The translations under genes were made by a program, and so were the position numbers. From sequence record PV805632.1: a stretch of DNA of 64,000 bases; one strand, 5' to 3'. The notes beneath the pieces are model-generated. The model saw only the letters and a program-made list of their open reading frames with translations, ran no database searches and was not told the DNA's origin. This DNA comes from a phage. Shown in pieces: positions 1 to 9,358 of this stretch (positions are counted from its first letter, which is position 1; the number at the start of each line of letters is the position of its first letter).

Positions 1-10
1 CGGAGAAGAA

Positions 11-271
11 ATGAATATTCATAACCTACGTTTGGTTGAAAGACTGTATGAAGAATACAACGACAACCGACAGCAATTGGCTAGTCTAAAAAAGTCCCCG
101 CATATGGTGAAAGTAACCTTCTGTGATACAGATTTGGGGGTACAAGCTCGTGCAAGCATAATCCCTAAATTACTAGCATTTTATCAAAAGAAAGTGGATG
201 ACTTAGAGAAACGCCTGAAGCATTTAGGAGTTGATCTATCTTTATTACCTGAAGAAGAGGAAGAAGAGTGA
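11..271 (+). CDS. hypothetical early protein (acidic EEEEEE C-terminus)
   Basis: 86-aa ORF in track; 4-nt overlap with next ORF; no recognisable motif. Confidence 0.4.
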   Translation: MNIHNLRLVERLYEEYNDNRQQLASLKKSPHMVKVTFCDTDLGVQARASIIPKLLAFYQKKVDDLEKRLKHLGVDLSLLPEEEEEE

Positions 272-453
272 AACTTACTCAGTCCCAAGCAATTTTCCTT
301 CGCATGGTTCAAGGTGGTTCTGCCACCAGCAACCGTAATAACAAAACCGCACAGTCTCTTAAGAAGCTAGGCTTAGTACAGTTCAATGCTGGTCTTGGGT
401 GGTCATTAACCCCTACCGGTGTACTTCAACTCAACGAGTTAAAAGGTAACTAA
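268..453 (+). CDS. hypothetical small protein
   Basis: 61-aa ORF with GTG start, tightly packed between neighbours; no motif. Confidence 0.3.
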   Translation: MKLTQSQAIFLRMVQGGSATSNRNNKTAQSLKKLGLVQFNAGLGWSLTPTGVLQLNELKGN

Positions 454-780
454 ATGAAAACTTTAATTGCTGTTGTTCTAGTAGCTCTATCAGTTCTGTC
501 ATTCGGTGCTCAAGCATCCAGTCGTGCAACCTTGTTGGAAGCTGCTGCTGATTACAAAGCCAATGAGGGTAACTTTTTGAACCAGGGTTACTTCATGGGC
601 ATGGTTACCATGGCAGCAGAGGCAGGGGATAACTGTGTACCTGATGGTATAAAGTTAGGTCTCCTTTTTGACAAAGTGGCTTCTATTATTCTGTATGACC
701 GAAAGGTTAATGCAGTAAAAAAACCATCAGACATGATTCTGTTAGCGATAGATACAGCGTATCCATGCGTTAAATCTTAA
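454..780 (+). CDS. putative secreted small protein
   Basis: 108 aa; N-terminus MKTLIAVVLVALSVLSFGAQA looks like a Sec signal peptide with AQA cleavage motif. Confidence 0.5.
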   Translation: MKTLIAVVLVALSVLSFGAQASSRATLLEAAADYKANEGNFLNQGYFMGMVTMAAEAGDNCVPDGIKLGLLFDKVASIILYDRKVNAVKKPSDMILLAIDTAYPCVKS

Positions 781-814
781 TTAGTAATTCCATTAACTTT
801 AGGAGAGTAAGTAA

Positions 815-1867
815 ATGGCGAGCATTGACTCCTTGACTGTATGTAATACACGTCAAGCCCGTAACTTTATTATCCGTGCCTTGCAAGCAGGTAACGTACC
901 GTTCCTGACTTCATCACCGGGTATGGGTAAGTCTGCAATTATTCGTTCTATTGCAGAAGAATTTGGTATGAAGCTGATTGACCATCGTCTGTCTACTTCT
1001 GCCCCGGAAGACTTATCTGGTCTACCATTCCGTAATGGTGACCGTGCAGAGTTTATTCCATTTGCTGACTTATTCCCTATCGAGGGTGACGAAGTACCAG
1101 AAGGCTATAATGGCTGGCTCCTGTTCCTTGATGAGTTCAACTCAGCTAAAAAAGAAGTAGTAGCTGCTGCATACAAACTGATTCTAGACCGTATGACCGG
1201 GCAGAAAAAACTTCACCCTAATGTGATGATTATCTGTGCCGGTAATAAAGCTACTGACCGTGCTATCGTTAACCCACTGGGTACTGCAATGCAGTCTCGC
1301 GTTGTCCACTTCGAAATGGAACTTAACTTCGACATTTTTGTTGAAGACGTAATGATTCCTCAAGAATGGGATGAGCGTCTGGTTGCATTCTTACATGCTA
1401 ACCCTGGTTATCTGCACGACTTCGACCCTGCCCATAAGAACAAAACATTCTGTTGTCCACGTACCTGGGACTTTGTTAACAAAGACCTCAAGAACCGACC
1501 AGAAGGTGCTTTGCCTGATGAAGATTCTATCTACTATGCAGGCCACGTTACTGCTGGTAAGGCTACAGAGTTTGTTCAGTTCACTCAGGTATACAATCGT
1601 ATGATTACGATTGATAAGGTAGTCAAAGACCCTTTGGGCTGTGCACTACCAGAGGATAATAACCTGTGCTGGGCTACCGTTAACCACCTGGCTAACAAGA
1701 CCACTGAAGATAACTTCGTTGATGTACTTAAGTACATTGAACGCTTTAAAACGTTCACCCATAAGATTCTGTACTTCCGTACAGCAGGCAAAGCATTACC
1801 AGAAATTCAGGCTACCCCTGAATGGCGTAAAGCTGCTGCCAATATATCTCGTTACATTCACGGATAA
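815..1867 (+). CDS. AAA+ ATPase, MoxR-like
   Basis: Walker A SPGMGKSA, Walker B LLFLDEFN, sensor-1 ICAGN; AGGAGAG RBS upstream of ATG. Confidence 0.8.
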   Translation: MASIDSLTVCNTRQARNFIIRALQAGNVPFLTSSPGMGKSAIIRSIAEEFGMKLIDHRLSTSAPEDLSGLPFRNGDRAEFIPFADLFPIEGDEVPEGYNGWLLFLDEFNSAKKEVVAAAYKLILDRMTGQKKLHPNVMIICAGNKATDRAIVNPLGTAMQSRVVHFEMELNFDIFVEDVMIPQEWDERLVAFLHANPGYLHDFDPAHKNKTFCCPRTWDFVNKDLKNRPEGALPDEDSIYYAGHVTAGKATEFVQFTQVYNRMITIDKVVKDPLGCALPEDNNLCWATVNHLANKTTEDNFVDVLKYIERFKTFTHKILYFRTAGKALPEIQATPEWRKAAANISRYIHG

Positions 1868-1874
1868 TCACAAC

Positions 1875-3050
1875 ATGAACCAGATACCTCAGCACACACT
1901 TAGTGATGAACAACTCATGCGTGAGTATGACCGTATTCAGGCGCAGGCATTTCTTGGACGCAGTGCAGCGTTTTTTGGTTCATTGCTGTGTAGTCTTAAG
2001 TTCTCATGGAAACGTGAGGGCTGTCCCACTGCATGTACCGATGGGATAGAACTCCATTTCAACCCAGACTTCTTTATCTGGATGTGCCCTGATGCAAGAG
2101 AAACGGTGCTAATGCACGAACTCTGGCATGTGGCATACCTACATGGCATCCGTTGTGGAAGCCGTGACCCAGAAGTCTGGAACCAGGCATGTGACCACTT
2201 CATTAACCTTCAGTTAGAGGAAGATGGTTACAAGTTCACTGGTATCGACGAAGGCATTTGCAAAGACCCTCAATATAAAGGATGGGTCGAAGAAGACATC
2301 TACGATGACCTGATGAAGAACCCTCAGAAAAGGCAGAAGCCGTCAGGGGGTGCTGGAGCAGGTCTTGCTGGCGACATGAAAGCTCCCTCTTCGGGGCAGT
2401 CCCAGGGTGCTGTTGTCAACAACGTAGTACGTGCAATGCAAAGCCAGAAGATGGCTGGTGGAATGATGCCCGGTAAAGGTGCTGGTCGTATGGAAGAGGT
2501 TATTACCCAATTCCTTAAACCAGTGGTTCCTTGGCAGGAAGTCCTGCTGAACTTCTTTACCGACATTGATGGTACACACTATACGTGGGCCAGACCTAAC
2601 CGTCGTTTCACTGACGTCTATCTACCTTCTCTGGAAGATGATGAAGGACGCTTACGACACTTAGCCTACTTTGAGGATGTATCTGGTTCTATTAGTAGTG
2701 CTGACTCTCTGCGTTTTAACTCAGAGGTTGCCTACGTTAAGAGCCAGTTCAATCCTAAGAAGATGACCCTAATTACCTTCGACGATATTATCCAAGAAGA
2801 AATAGACATCACTGAAGAAGATACTTTTGAAGAGATTAAGATTACTGGTCGTGGTGGTACAAACCTTGAACCAGTGCGTGAATGGATCATTAAGAATAAG
2901 CCAACCGCTGCAATCATATTCTCCGATATGTATGTTCGTCCTATGGAAGAATTGCCATTTGATATCCCTATCATCTGGTGTGTTCTGAATAATCCTAATG
3001 CTACCGTACCTTTTGGGGAGGTAGTTCATATCCCTAAAGGAATGAAATAA
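1875..3050 (+). CDS. VWA-domain protein (MIDAS motif) with HExxH-like motif, partner of the MoxR-like ATPase
   Basis: MIDAS-like DVSGSIS, HELWH motif; ATG at 1875 chosen because the track start at 1641 overlaps the upstream gene; ATPase-VWA pairing is a known arrangement. Confidence 0.65.
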   Translation: MNQIPQHTLSDEQLMREYDRIQAQAFLGRSAAFFGSLLCSLKFSWKREGCPTACTDGIELHFNPDFFIWMCPDARETVLMHELWHVAYLHGIRCGSRDPEVWNQACDHFINLQLEEDGYKFTGIDEGICKDPQYKGWVEEDIYDDLMKNPQKRQKPSGGAGAGLAGDMKAPSSGQSQGAVVNNVVRAMQSQKMAGGMMPGKGAGRMEEVITQFLKPVVPWQEVLLNFFTDIDGTHYTWARPNRRFTDVYLPSLEDDEGRLRHLAYFEDVSGSISSADSLRFNSEVAYVKSQFNPKKMTLITFDDIIQEEIDITEEDTFEEIKITGRGGTNLEPVREWIIKNKPTAAIIFSDMYVRPMEELPFDIPIIWCVLNNPNATVPFGEVVHIPKGMK

Positions 3051-3556
3051 TGATTGTTAATGGTAATTCTCTATACCGTTCATCTCAATTGCTGGATGTC
3101 CCAGACCGTAAGGTATCCGAGCATGGTGTAAGCTATGGATTAGGCGAAGCTGGTTATGATATTCGTATCAAACAAGACATTACCTTCTATCGCTTATTTG
3201 GGTTAATTCCAATGGTGAAAATCGTTGATGGAAAACAAGTATCACGCCATCTCGGTAAATTCGCATTGGCTTCAGCAATTGAGAAATTCAACATGTCTCC
3301 GTCCTGTGTAGCTATCGTTCACGATAAGTCCACATGGGCAAGACGTGCATTATCTGTGTTCAATACCGTAATAGAACCAGGATGGAAAGGGTATCTTACC
3401 CTCGAACTGGTCTATCATGGTCGTAAGAAACTGCATATCCCGGCTGGTGCTGGGATAGCTCAAGTATTATTTCATCTGGTTCAAGAGCCTGCTAATTACA
3501 ACGGCAAGTATCAGAACCAGGAGGACAAACCAGTAGCTGCAAGAAGCAGTAAATAA
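3050..3556 (+). CDS. dcd: dCTP deaminase (dUTPase-superfamily fold)
   Basis: 168 aa; start overlaps upstream stop (TAATG); sequence resembles dCTP deaminase family from memory. Confidence 0.7.
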   Translation: MIVNGNSLYRSSQLLDVPDRKVSEHGVSYGLGEAGYDIRIKQDITFYRLFGLIPMVKIVDGKQVSRHLGKFALASAIEKFNMSPSCVAIVHDKSTWARRALSVFNTVIEPGWKGYLTLELVYHGRKKLHIPAGAGIAQVLFHLVQEPANYNGKYQNQEDKPVAARSSK

Positions 3557-3565
3557 GGAAACAAC

Positions 3566-3766
3566 ATGTCAGTATTTCAAGTAACTCCTGTTGACAGTAC
3601 CCAACGTAAAACTATTGTTGCAACTAACGTAGTAGATGTAGATGAAACTCCGGCTGGTGCTGTAGTTCATCTGATTGATGGGCGAACTGTAACTGTAAAA
3701 GAAAGCTATCGTTCAGTACGTGGTTACGTCCGTAAAGCTTTAACTGCTGACTCTGACGCAGAGTAA
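3566..3766 (+). CDS. hypothetical protein
   Basis: 66-aa ORF with GGAAACAAC-ATG context; followed by palindromic terminator. Confidence 0.45.
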   Translation: MSVFQVTPVDSTQRKTIVATNVVDVDETPAGAVVHLIDGRTVTVKESYRSVRGYVRKALTADSDAE

Positions 3767-3776
3767 GTAGCTGCCT

Positions 3777-3803
3777 AAATAGCCCAGCATAGCTGGGCTA
3801 TTT
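3777..3803. terminator. palindromic hairpin terminator (9-bp GC-rich stem, 3-nt loop, AAA/TTT flanks)
   Basis: TAGCCCAGC-ATA-GCTGGGCTA at 3780-3800 flanked by AAA and TTT. Confidence 0.5.
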
Positions 3804-3839
3804 GTGAAGAAACTAACTCAACCCCACATAGGAACCATC

Positions 3840-4100
3840 ATGGAATCTTTAGCAGCAATTCTCGTTCTGTTATTTGCACTTGCTATATACCTTATCCCTA
3901 CTATTATTGCTTTTGCACGAGGCCATGCCTCTAAGTGGGGCATTGGTGTACTCAATATCGTATTAGGCTGGTCTTTAGTCTTCTGGGTAGTAGCACTGAT
4001 TTGGTCACTGTCTAATAAAGGACAGTCTCAGACTACAATCGTTAACGTTGGTAGTGGTAACCAGTACAACGTGTCTCAAACGAGCCAGTCTGATAAGTAA
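3840..4100 (+). CDS. small two-TM membrane protein, superinfection-immunity (Imm)-like
   Basis: IYLIPTIIAFARGH...LNIVLGWSLVFWVVALIWSL resembles the Imm_superinfect family motif as I recall it; AGGA RBS 7 nt before ATG 3840; the GTG at 3804 lies inside the terminator. Confidence 0.5.
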   Translation: MESLAAILVLLFALAIYLIPTIIAFARGHASKWGIGVLNIVLGWSLVFWVVALIWSLSNKGQSQTTIVNVGSGNQYNVSQTSQSDK

Positions 4101-4174
4101 CTAACTTAAGCATCATTGTATAGTGGTGCTTGTGGAAGTTGCTTCCAGCTCATTACTTATCCATCTCCTAATCC

Positions 4175-4201
4175 AAGCCCACCTAACCCGTGGGCTTTTT
4201 T
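4175..4201 (+). terminator. rho-independent terminator
   Basis: AGCCCAC-CTAACCC-GTGGGCT followed by TTTTTT. Confidence 0.6.
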
Positions 4202-4222
4202 AATTACAGGTAGTAAATACTA

Positions 4223-4666
4223 ATGCGTATCCCATTCCTAAGAAAAAGGGAACGAAATCCTGTTCTTTATAATAAAGGCATAGAGGATGAGTACGAACTC
4301 AACCGTAAAGCTCGTTCCTACGCAACAAAATTATTCATGGGGACTAGCAACCCTAATAGATTACTGGACTTTGTTTTCGAACAAGTCTTTATCATATACA
4401 GCTTAGCTATGTCTGCTGGTTCACAAGAAGTAAGTGATAAGGCAAGATATGCTCTCTGTATGCTCCGGAAAGAGTACGAAGCCATCCTGTATGAAGACTT
4501 GTACTCCTTTAAGAAAGAAACCGCTGTAGCGTGTTCTGTGGCTCTTACTGAAGGTATAGCAGTATTACAAGAACTGCCCCGTAGTGAGTTTAAACTGGTA
4601 TATGTCCAGGCCAGGAGAATTACAGAAAACCGTAGTGGTATTACCAACTATCTAAGGTCATTCTAA
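4223..4666 (+). CDS. hypothetical protein
   Basis: 147-aa ORF; stop overlaps thyX start (TAATG). Confidence 0.5.
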   Translation: MRIPFLRKRERNPVLYNKGIEDEYELNRKARSYATKLFMGTSNPNRLLDFVFEQVFIIYSLAMSAGSQEVSDKARYALCMLRKEYEAILYEDLYSFKKETAVACSVALTEGIAVLQELPRSEFKLVYVQARRITENRSGITNYLRSF

Positions 4667-5610
4667 TGATTAAGGCAACTGTCATTGCAGATTCCGTTCA
4701 TCATGTAACGGGTACTCGTATTACTACCTTTGAATTGGTTTATCCTCGATTCATTCACAGTGAGTTTATGACCCACCGTGTATTCAACCGCAATGCTTCA
4801 AGTAGTCGTGCTATCCCTACTTCTAAGTTTATTGAACAGGTTCGTAATGAACCAGTAATGCCAAGTCACTGGGGCAAGAACCAGAAAGGTATGCAGGCAT
4901 TTGAAGAATTGTCTGAAGACCAACGTAGTGATGCAACCTTTATCTGGGAACAGGCTGCATCCAGTGCTGCTACCTATGCAGAAATGCTACGTCGTGGACA
5001 AGTACATAAGCAGATTGTTAACCGCATTCTGGAACCATTCACACATATCCGTGTAGTGGTAACTTCAACTAGCTGGGCTAACTTCTACGGCTTACGTGAC
5101 CATGAGGATGCCCAACCAGAAATTCGTTTACTGGCTCAGGCCATGAAGAAAGCTCATGAAGAATCTGTTCCGCAAAAGCTCAAGAAAGGTGACTGGCATC
5201 TGCCTTATATTCGCAGGATTGATTGTATTAACGCTTACGATCATTGCAAATATCAACGAGTTACTTGTGATAAACCAAGTGATGAAGAAGTTTTAGGCTT
5301 ACTGCTTAAAGTCTCTGCTGCTCGTTGTGCTCGTGCCTCCTATAACAACTTTGAAGGCAAGCCATCTACTATTAGTGATGACCTTGCTCTCTTTGCTAAG
5401 TTGGTAGAGAAACAACCAATACATGCATCACCTACTGAGCATCAAGCTACCCCTATGGACTTCAGTACCAAGTTTGTTAACAACCAGAACCCATTAACCT
5501 GGGAACAAGGTGTTACCTCTATGGACCGTGAAGGTAAGCTGTATTCTGGTAACTTAATGGATTTCATCCAATTCCGTAAACTAATCCCCGGAGAAACAAT
5601 TACAGAATGA
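4666..5610 (+). CDS. thyX: FAD-dependent thymidylate synthase ThyX
   Basis: ThyX signature RHRVFNRNASSSR (RHRxxxxxxxSxR) at residues about 37-49; 314 aa. Confidence 0.85.
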   Translation: MIKATVIADSVHHVTGTRITTFELVYPRFIHSEFMTHRVFNRNASSSRAIPTSKFIEQVRNEPVMPSHWGKNQKGMQAFEELSEDQRSDATFIWEQAASSAATYAEMLRRGQVHKQIVNRILEPFTHIRVVVTSTSWANFYGLRDHEDAQPEIRLLAQAMKKAHEESVPQKLKKGDWHLPYIRRIDCINAYDHCKYQRVTCDKPSDEEVLGLLLKVSAARCARASYNNFEGKPSTISDDLALFAKLVEKQPIHASPTEHQATPMDFSTKFVNNQNPLTWEQGVTSMDREGKLYSGNLMDFIQFRKLIPGETITE

Positions 5611-5843
5611 AACGTCTAGCTATCCAAGCAACGATTATAAGTATCATCCTGGTTCTGGAATTTGTATTTGCACTGCATGGTGCACAGAGCCTGGAAGAGA
5701 TGTTTTTCGTAGTAGCCCGTTTCTCTGCGTGTGTTCTTGGTTTATGGTGTGTGTATTACTATGCACGCGACTATGTAGCTATCAAGGAACACGATGATGC
5801 TAAGGAACGTCTACGGCAATTCGTAGAAGAGAATCGTAAGTAA
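5607..5843 (+). CDS. small membrane protein
   Basis: 78 aa with two hydrophobic segments; 4-nt overlap with thyX. Confidence 0.45.
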   Translation: MKRLAIQATIISIILVLEFVFALHGAQSLEEMFFVVARFSACVLGLWCVYYYARDYVAIKEHDDAKERLRQFVEENRK

Positions 5844-5847
5844 ACCT

Positions 5848-5874
5848 AAGACCTCCTCCGGGAGGTCTTTTTTT
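5848..5874 (+). terminator. rho-independent terminator
   Basis: AAGACCTCC-TCCG-GGAGGTCTT followed by TTTTTTT. Confidence 0.65.
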
Positions 5875-5902
5875 GGTTTCAATTACTGTCCCAGGAGGAC
5901 TT

Positions 5903-6127
5903 ATGGCAAGTTGGTACGCAACTATGTTGGAGAAGGATTCCAATGGACTATACAGGGAATCCGTCGGTAGTTTTAAAAACATCTGTATAGATGGGCGTTT
6001 ACATGAAGGTAATGCAATGGATATTGCAGAAGAAGCCCTGTCTAAAGAGTCAGGTTATGCAGGGTTTAAGCTGGAAAAACTTAATAGAGCCTGGGATTAC
6101 AGAAATCCTTTTATTTATAAAAATTAA
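5903..6127 (+). CDS. hypothetical protein
   Basis: ATG 5903 preceded by AGGAGG (5894-5899); the track start at 5873 sits in the terminator T-run. Confidence 0.45.
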   Translation: MASWYATMLEKDSNGLYRESVGSFKNICIDGRLHEGNAMDIAEEALSKESGYAGFKLEKLNRAWDYRNPFIYKN

Positions 6128-6136
6128 GGAAACAGT

Positions 6137-6349
6137 ATGCCTGCTAAATACCGTATCAAAGACACTCCACTAATGTGTGAGGGTGAGAAGGGTGACATTG
6201 TATATGCCTGTATACAGGATGATTTCAATGCTGCTCTGATGTTAACCCAAATGACAAATACACTGCATGTATCAGTAACACTGGACCCTACCGGGGACTA
6301 TCCATGCTTCCCTATCCCTGCTCATAACCTGGAGCAAATCCGTGATTAA
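6137..6349 (+). CDS. hypothetical protein
   Basis: 70-aa ORF with AAGGAAACAGT-ATG context. Confidence 0.45.
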   Translation: MPAKYRIKDTPLMCEGEKGDIVYACIQDDFNAALMLTQMTNTLHVSVTLDPTGDYPCFPIPAHNLEQIRD

Positions 6350-6656
6350 TCCTGAAGTTATTCATAGTAAAACTGGTAAGGCTGTACCACTTAGTGATAT
6401 TGCAGTTACTGGTGATATTGCTGCTTGCCCAGCTAATATCGCCTCCCTATGTATGTGCATTGCTGCACTAGCAGAAGAACGTAAATTATGGCTGGAACCA
6501 AGCAAAGAAATGGTACTGGCTGGCATGTCTGAACTGAATGCACTTCTGAAAGAAATGTATGACGAGGATGGACAATTAGTTGAGCCAACTGATGATCAGA
6601 TTTCGGATGCTGTAGTATTCGTCCTTCAAGCAATGGCAGGTAAACGCAATGATTGA
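6342..6656 (+). CDS. hypothetical protein
   Basis: 104-aa ORF overlapping the upstream gene by 8 nt. Confidence 0.4.
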   Translation: MINPEVIHSKTGKAVPLSDIAVTGDIAACPANIASLCMCIAALAEERKLWLEPSKEMVLAGMSELNALLKEMYDEDGQLVEPTDDQISDAVVFVLQAMAGKRND

Positions 6657-6789
6657 AGTATTCATCTATTTCATGGCTCTACCCTACATACTTAATGAGT
6701 TATTGGGTACATACGGTACAGCCGTAGGCATTTCTGTAGTTGTATTCAGTCTTTTCCTATAAGCAACATTTAAACTGGAGAGTAAATAA

Positions 6790-9354
6790 ATGTTAGTCGC
6801 AGATACCAATCAATCAGCCACTTCAGCGACACTGGGTGGCAAAGAAGCAATCGCTTTTGCCATCTCAGATGACCCGGCATTCTTTCATGTATTAAGTACC
6901 TCCTTGTATAACAACCCTACTCTGGCAGTAGTCCGTGAGACTATCTGTAACAGTTGGGATGCTCATATTGAAGCAGGTAAGACTGATACTCCTATCCGTA
7001 TTACTATTGATACAGACAATTTTATTACCTTCCGTGACTTCGGTAATGGGATACCAGATGAACTCATTGGTTCCATTTACGGTGTCTATGGTGCATCTAC
7101 CAAGAAGTCCAACAGTAGTGTTACTGGTGGCTTTGGTCTGGGATGTAAATCCCCATTCGCTTATACAGATAGTTTCCAGGTTACTTCATGGAACCAGGGA
7201 AAGATGTCGGTATATAACGTAGCTAAGGCTGCAATTGAGAATGATGGTAAACCGGGTATTGTCCCTATTGTTACTGGTATTCCTACTGAAGAATCCGGTC
7301 TGGAAGTTAAATTCCAACTGGGTAAGCATGATGTAAATACCTTTGTACATTACATCACATCAATTGTATTTAACGGCGAGATTAAGGCTGAGCTTAATAT
7401 TCCTAAACTTGTTCGTGAAGAAACGGGTAATAGTATTCAGCAAGGTAACTACACTCTACTGAATACTCTAGGTATGTCATTTGAACCTGGTTCATATGAT
7501 ATGTCTGATAGATGGTATCAAGGCTATATGGGTAACAGCACCATCTTTGTTCGCTACGGTAACGTAATGTACCCAATAGTATCTAGTCCGGCTAGTGAAG
7601 AGGCTGTAGGTCTTATTCTCAACTTCATGAATATCATTGGAGCTGATAATTTAGTAGTTCAGGCTGCACCGGATACCTTAGCTATTGCCCCTAGTCGTGA
7701 AACTCTGTCTAACCAGAAGTTAACCGACGATGGTATTACTACTCTATGCGTAAATTTAGTAGATCGTATGGAGAAAGAAATTAAGGCTAAGATTCCTGAA
7801 GCTATTAAGCAGATTGAAGAATATGCCTCCAAATCTTCTACTCGCTACTGGGAATACCCATCTTTCATTCTTGCTGTTACAGATGAGATTGTTAGACGCT
7901 ATATGTCCTCTAGCTTGTGGGCTAAGCAACGTAAGCATCATATTAAGCACTGGCGTAATCTATCTAATAAGGCATTACTAGCTCGCCCTGAATATGCAGG
8001 TCTTAAAAGACTGTATGGTAAGGCTATGCGTGCTCTTAAGGATACCCGTGAAGATAGTACCAACCATTCTTTCCAGGATTTGGTATATCGTCATCTGCAC
8101 CTACCTCAGCTTGCTGCTTTAAAAGCTACAGGTATTAAGTGGTCTGGTTACATAATGAACCAAGGTAACTGTGTTGACTTAGTGAAGGGTAAACTTACTG
8201 ACTACTTTAAGATGGGTTATAACTCCCACCTAGGTATTGGTATTTTCACTACCAGGAACGTTGTAGTTACCCGACGTTTATCTGACTGTGCAGACTCTTT
8301 CTCATACTTCCCAGAGTACATCCAAGGTGACCTGGAGCGAACAGCTTTTGTTCACGTCGTTGGTCCTAAGAAAGGGGAAGCAGAGAAAGCTGTAGCTAAG
8401 TTCACTGCTATGGGTTATCGGGTTATTGACCTTACTCAATATAATGAGTGGGACAGGCCAACTAACTTCCGCAGGGAACAGGCTAAGATAGCTGCTGAGA
8501 AGCGGGCTAAGACAATAGCTGCCAATAAAACCAAAGCAGGTGGTAAAACTAATGCACTGGTTTCATTGAATGCAGTACTTGGTACTTCCCCTGTACGAGA
8601 TAAAAATGGAGATTTGGTATCTAAACCACACATTGACAAGGATTTTGCTGACCCAAGATTCCATGAGGAACCTAGATTCGTTGAGGTGGATCTGCCTAAG
8701 TACTACGTACCAGCCAGTCAGGTTGTTTCTGGTAGACCAGAAACTGCCAAGATTGGAACCATGTGGAAATGGTGGGAGTTGTCTGATGAGATGAAGGCAG
8801 AGACTGTTGTCTGTCGTAATCAAATCGAAGTTAACAAAGCCAAACGACGTGGTGCTATTCATATTGATGATGTTCGTTTTAACGAACTGATGTCCGTCAT
8901 TACCAGTAAAGGATTCAAGAAATATGCTACTGAACAGCGTATCGGTGTTCTTGAGTATCTTGATTTAAATGACAAAGAGTACTGTGAAATCCTCGACATT
9001 CTTGGACTAACATTCAAACCATTACAGAGTCTGGTTCTTAAACCAGAGTATGAATGGGCATGTAACTTCCTAAGAAATCATTCGAGTAACAAAGATAAAC
9101 TGGTTGAGAAGGGCCTCATTAAGTCAGTAGATGACTTGGAACCATATGTAAAGATGGTTAATCCTCGTATGCATAAGCATTTCGAAGTACTTAACGAGTA
9201 CAAAGGGTTATTTAGATATAGCTGGGCTAAAAATGACATCCTACAGACGCTAGACTTAGGTAGTTTAGTTAAACACCTCAAGAAGAATCCAGAGGATATC
9301 CCTGGGTTTAAGTCCCTCTACCGTAATCGTCTAAATAAACTGAAAGGTAAATAA
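6790..9354 (+). CDS. rIIA: rIIA-like protein (GHKL/HATPase-like N-terminal region)
   Basis: 854 aa; GHKL-type motifs NSWDAH, DFGNGIP, GGFGLG near N-terminus; GGAGAG RBS; adjacent to rIIB-like ORF. Confidence 0.7.
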   Translation: MLVADTNQSATSATLGGKEAIAFAISDDPAFFHVLSTSLYNNPTLAVVRETICNSWDAHIEAGKTDTPIRITIDTDNFITFRDFGNGIPDELIGSIYGVYGASTKKSNSSVTGGFGLGCKSPFAYTDSFQVTSWNQGKMSVYNVAKAAIENDGKPGIVPIVTGIPTEESGLEVKFQLGKHDVNTFVHYITSIVFNGEIKAELNIPKLVREETGNSIQQGNYTLLNTLGMSFEPGSYDMSDRWYQGYMGNSTIFVRYGNVMYPIVSSPASEEAVGLILNFMNIIGADNLVVQAAPDTLAIAPSRETLSNQKLTDDGITTLCVNLVDRMEKEIKAKIPEAIKQIEEYASKSSTRYWEYPSFILAVTDEIVRRYMSSSLWAKQRKHHIKHWRNLSNKALLARPEYAGLKRLYGKAMRALKDTREDSTNHSFQDLVYRHLHLPQLAALKATGIKWSGYIMNQGNCVDLVKGKLTDYFKMGYNSHLGIGIFTTRNVVVTRRLSDCADSFSYFPEYIQGDLERTAFVHVVGPKKGEAEKAVAKFTAMGYRVIDLTQYNEWDRPTNFRREQAKIAAEKRAKTIAANKTKAGGKTNALVSLNAVLGTSPVRDKNGDLVSKPHIDKDFADPRFHEEPRFVEVDLPKYYVPASQVVSGRPETAKIGTMWKWWELSDEMKAETVVCRNQIEVNKAKRRGAIHIDDVRFNELMSVITSKGFKKYATEQRIGVLEYLDLNDKEYCEILDILGLTFKPLQSLVLKPEYEWACNFLRNHSSNKDKLVEKGLIKSVDDLEPYVKMVNPRMHKHFEVLNEYKGLFRYSWAKNDILQTLDLGSLVKHLKKNPEDIPGFKSLYRNRLNKLKGK

Positions 9355-9358
9355 TCTG

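Noticed and set aside
1641-1874. Track start of the VWA gene at 1641
   Set aside because: Would overlap the ATPase gene by 227 nt; the in-frame ATG at 1875 follows the ATPase stop and is the more plausible start.
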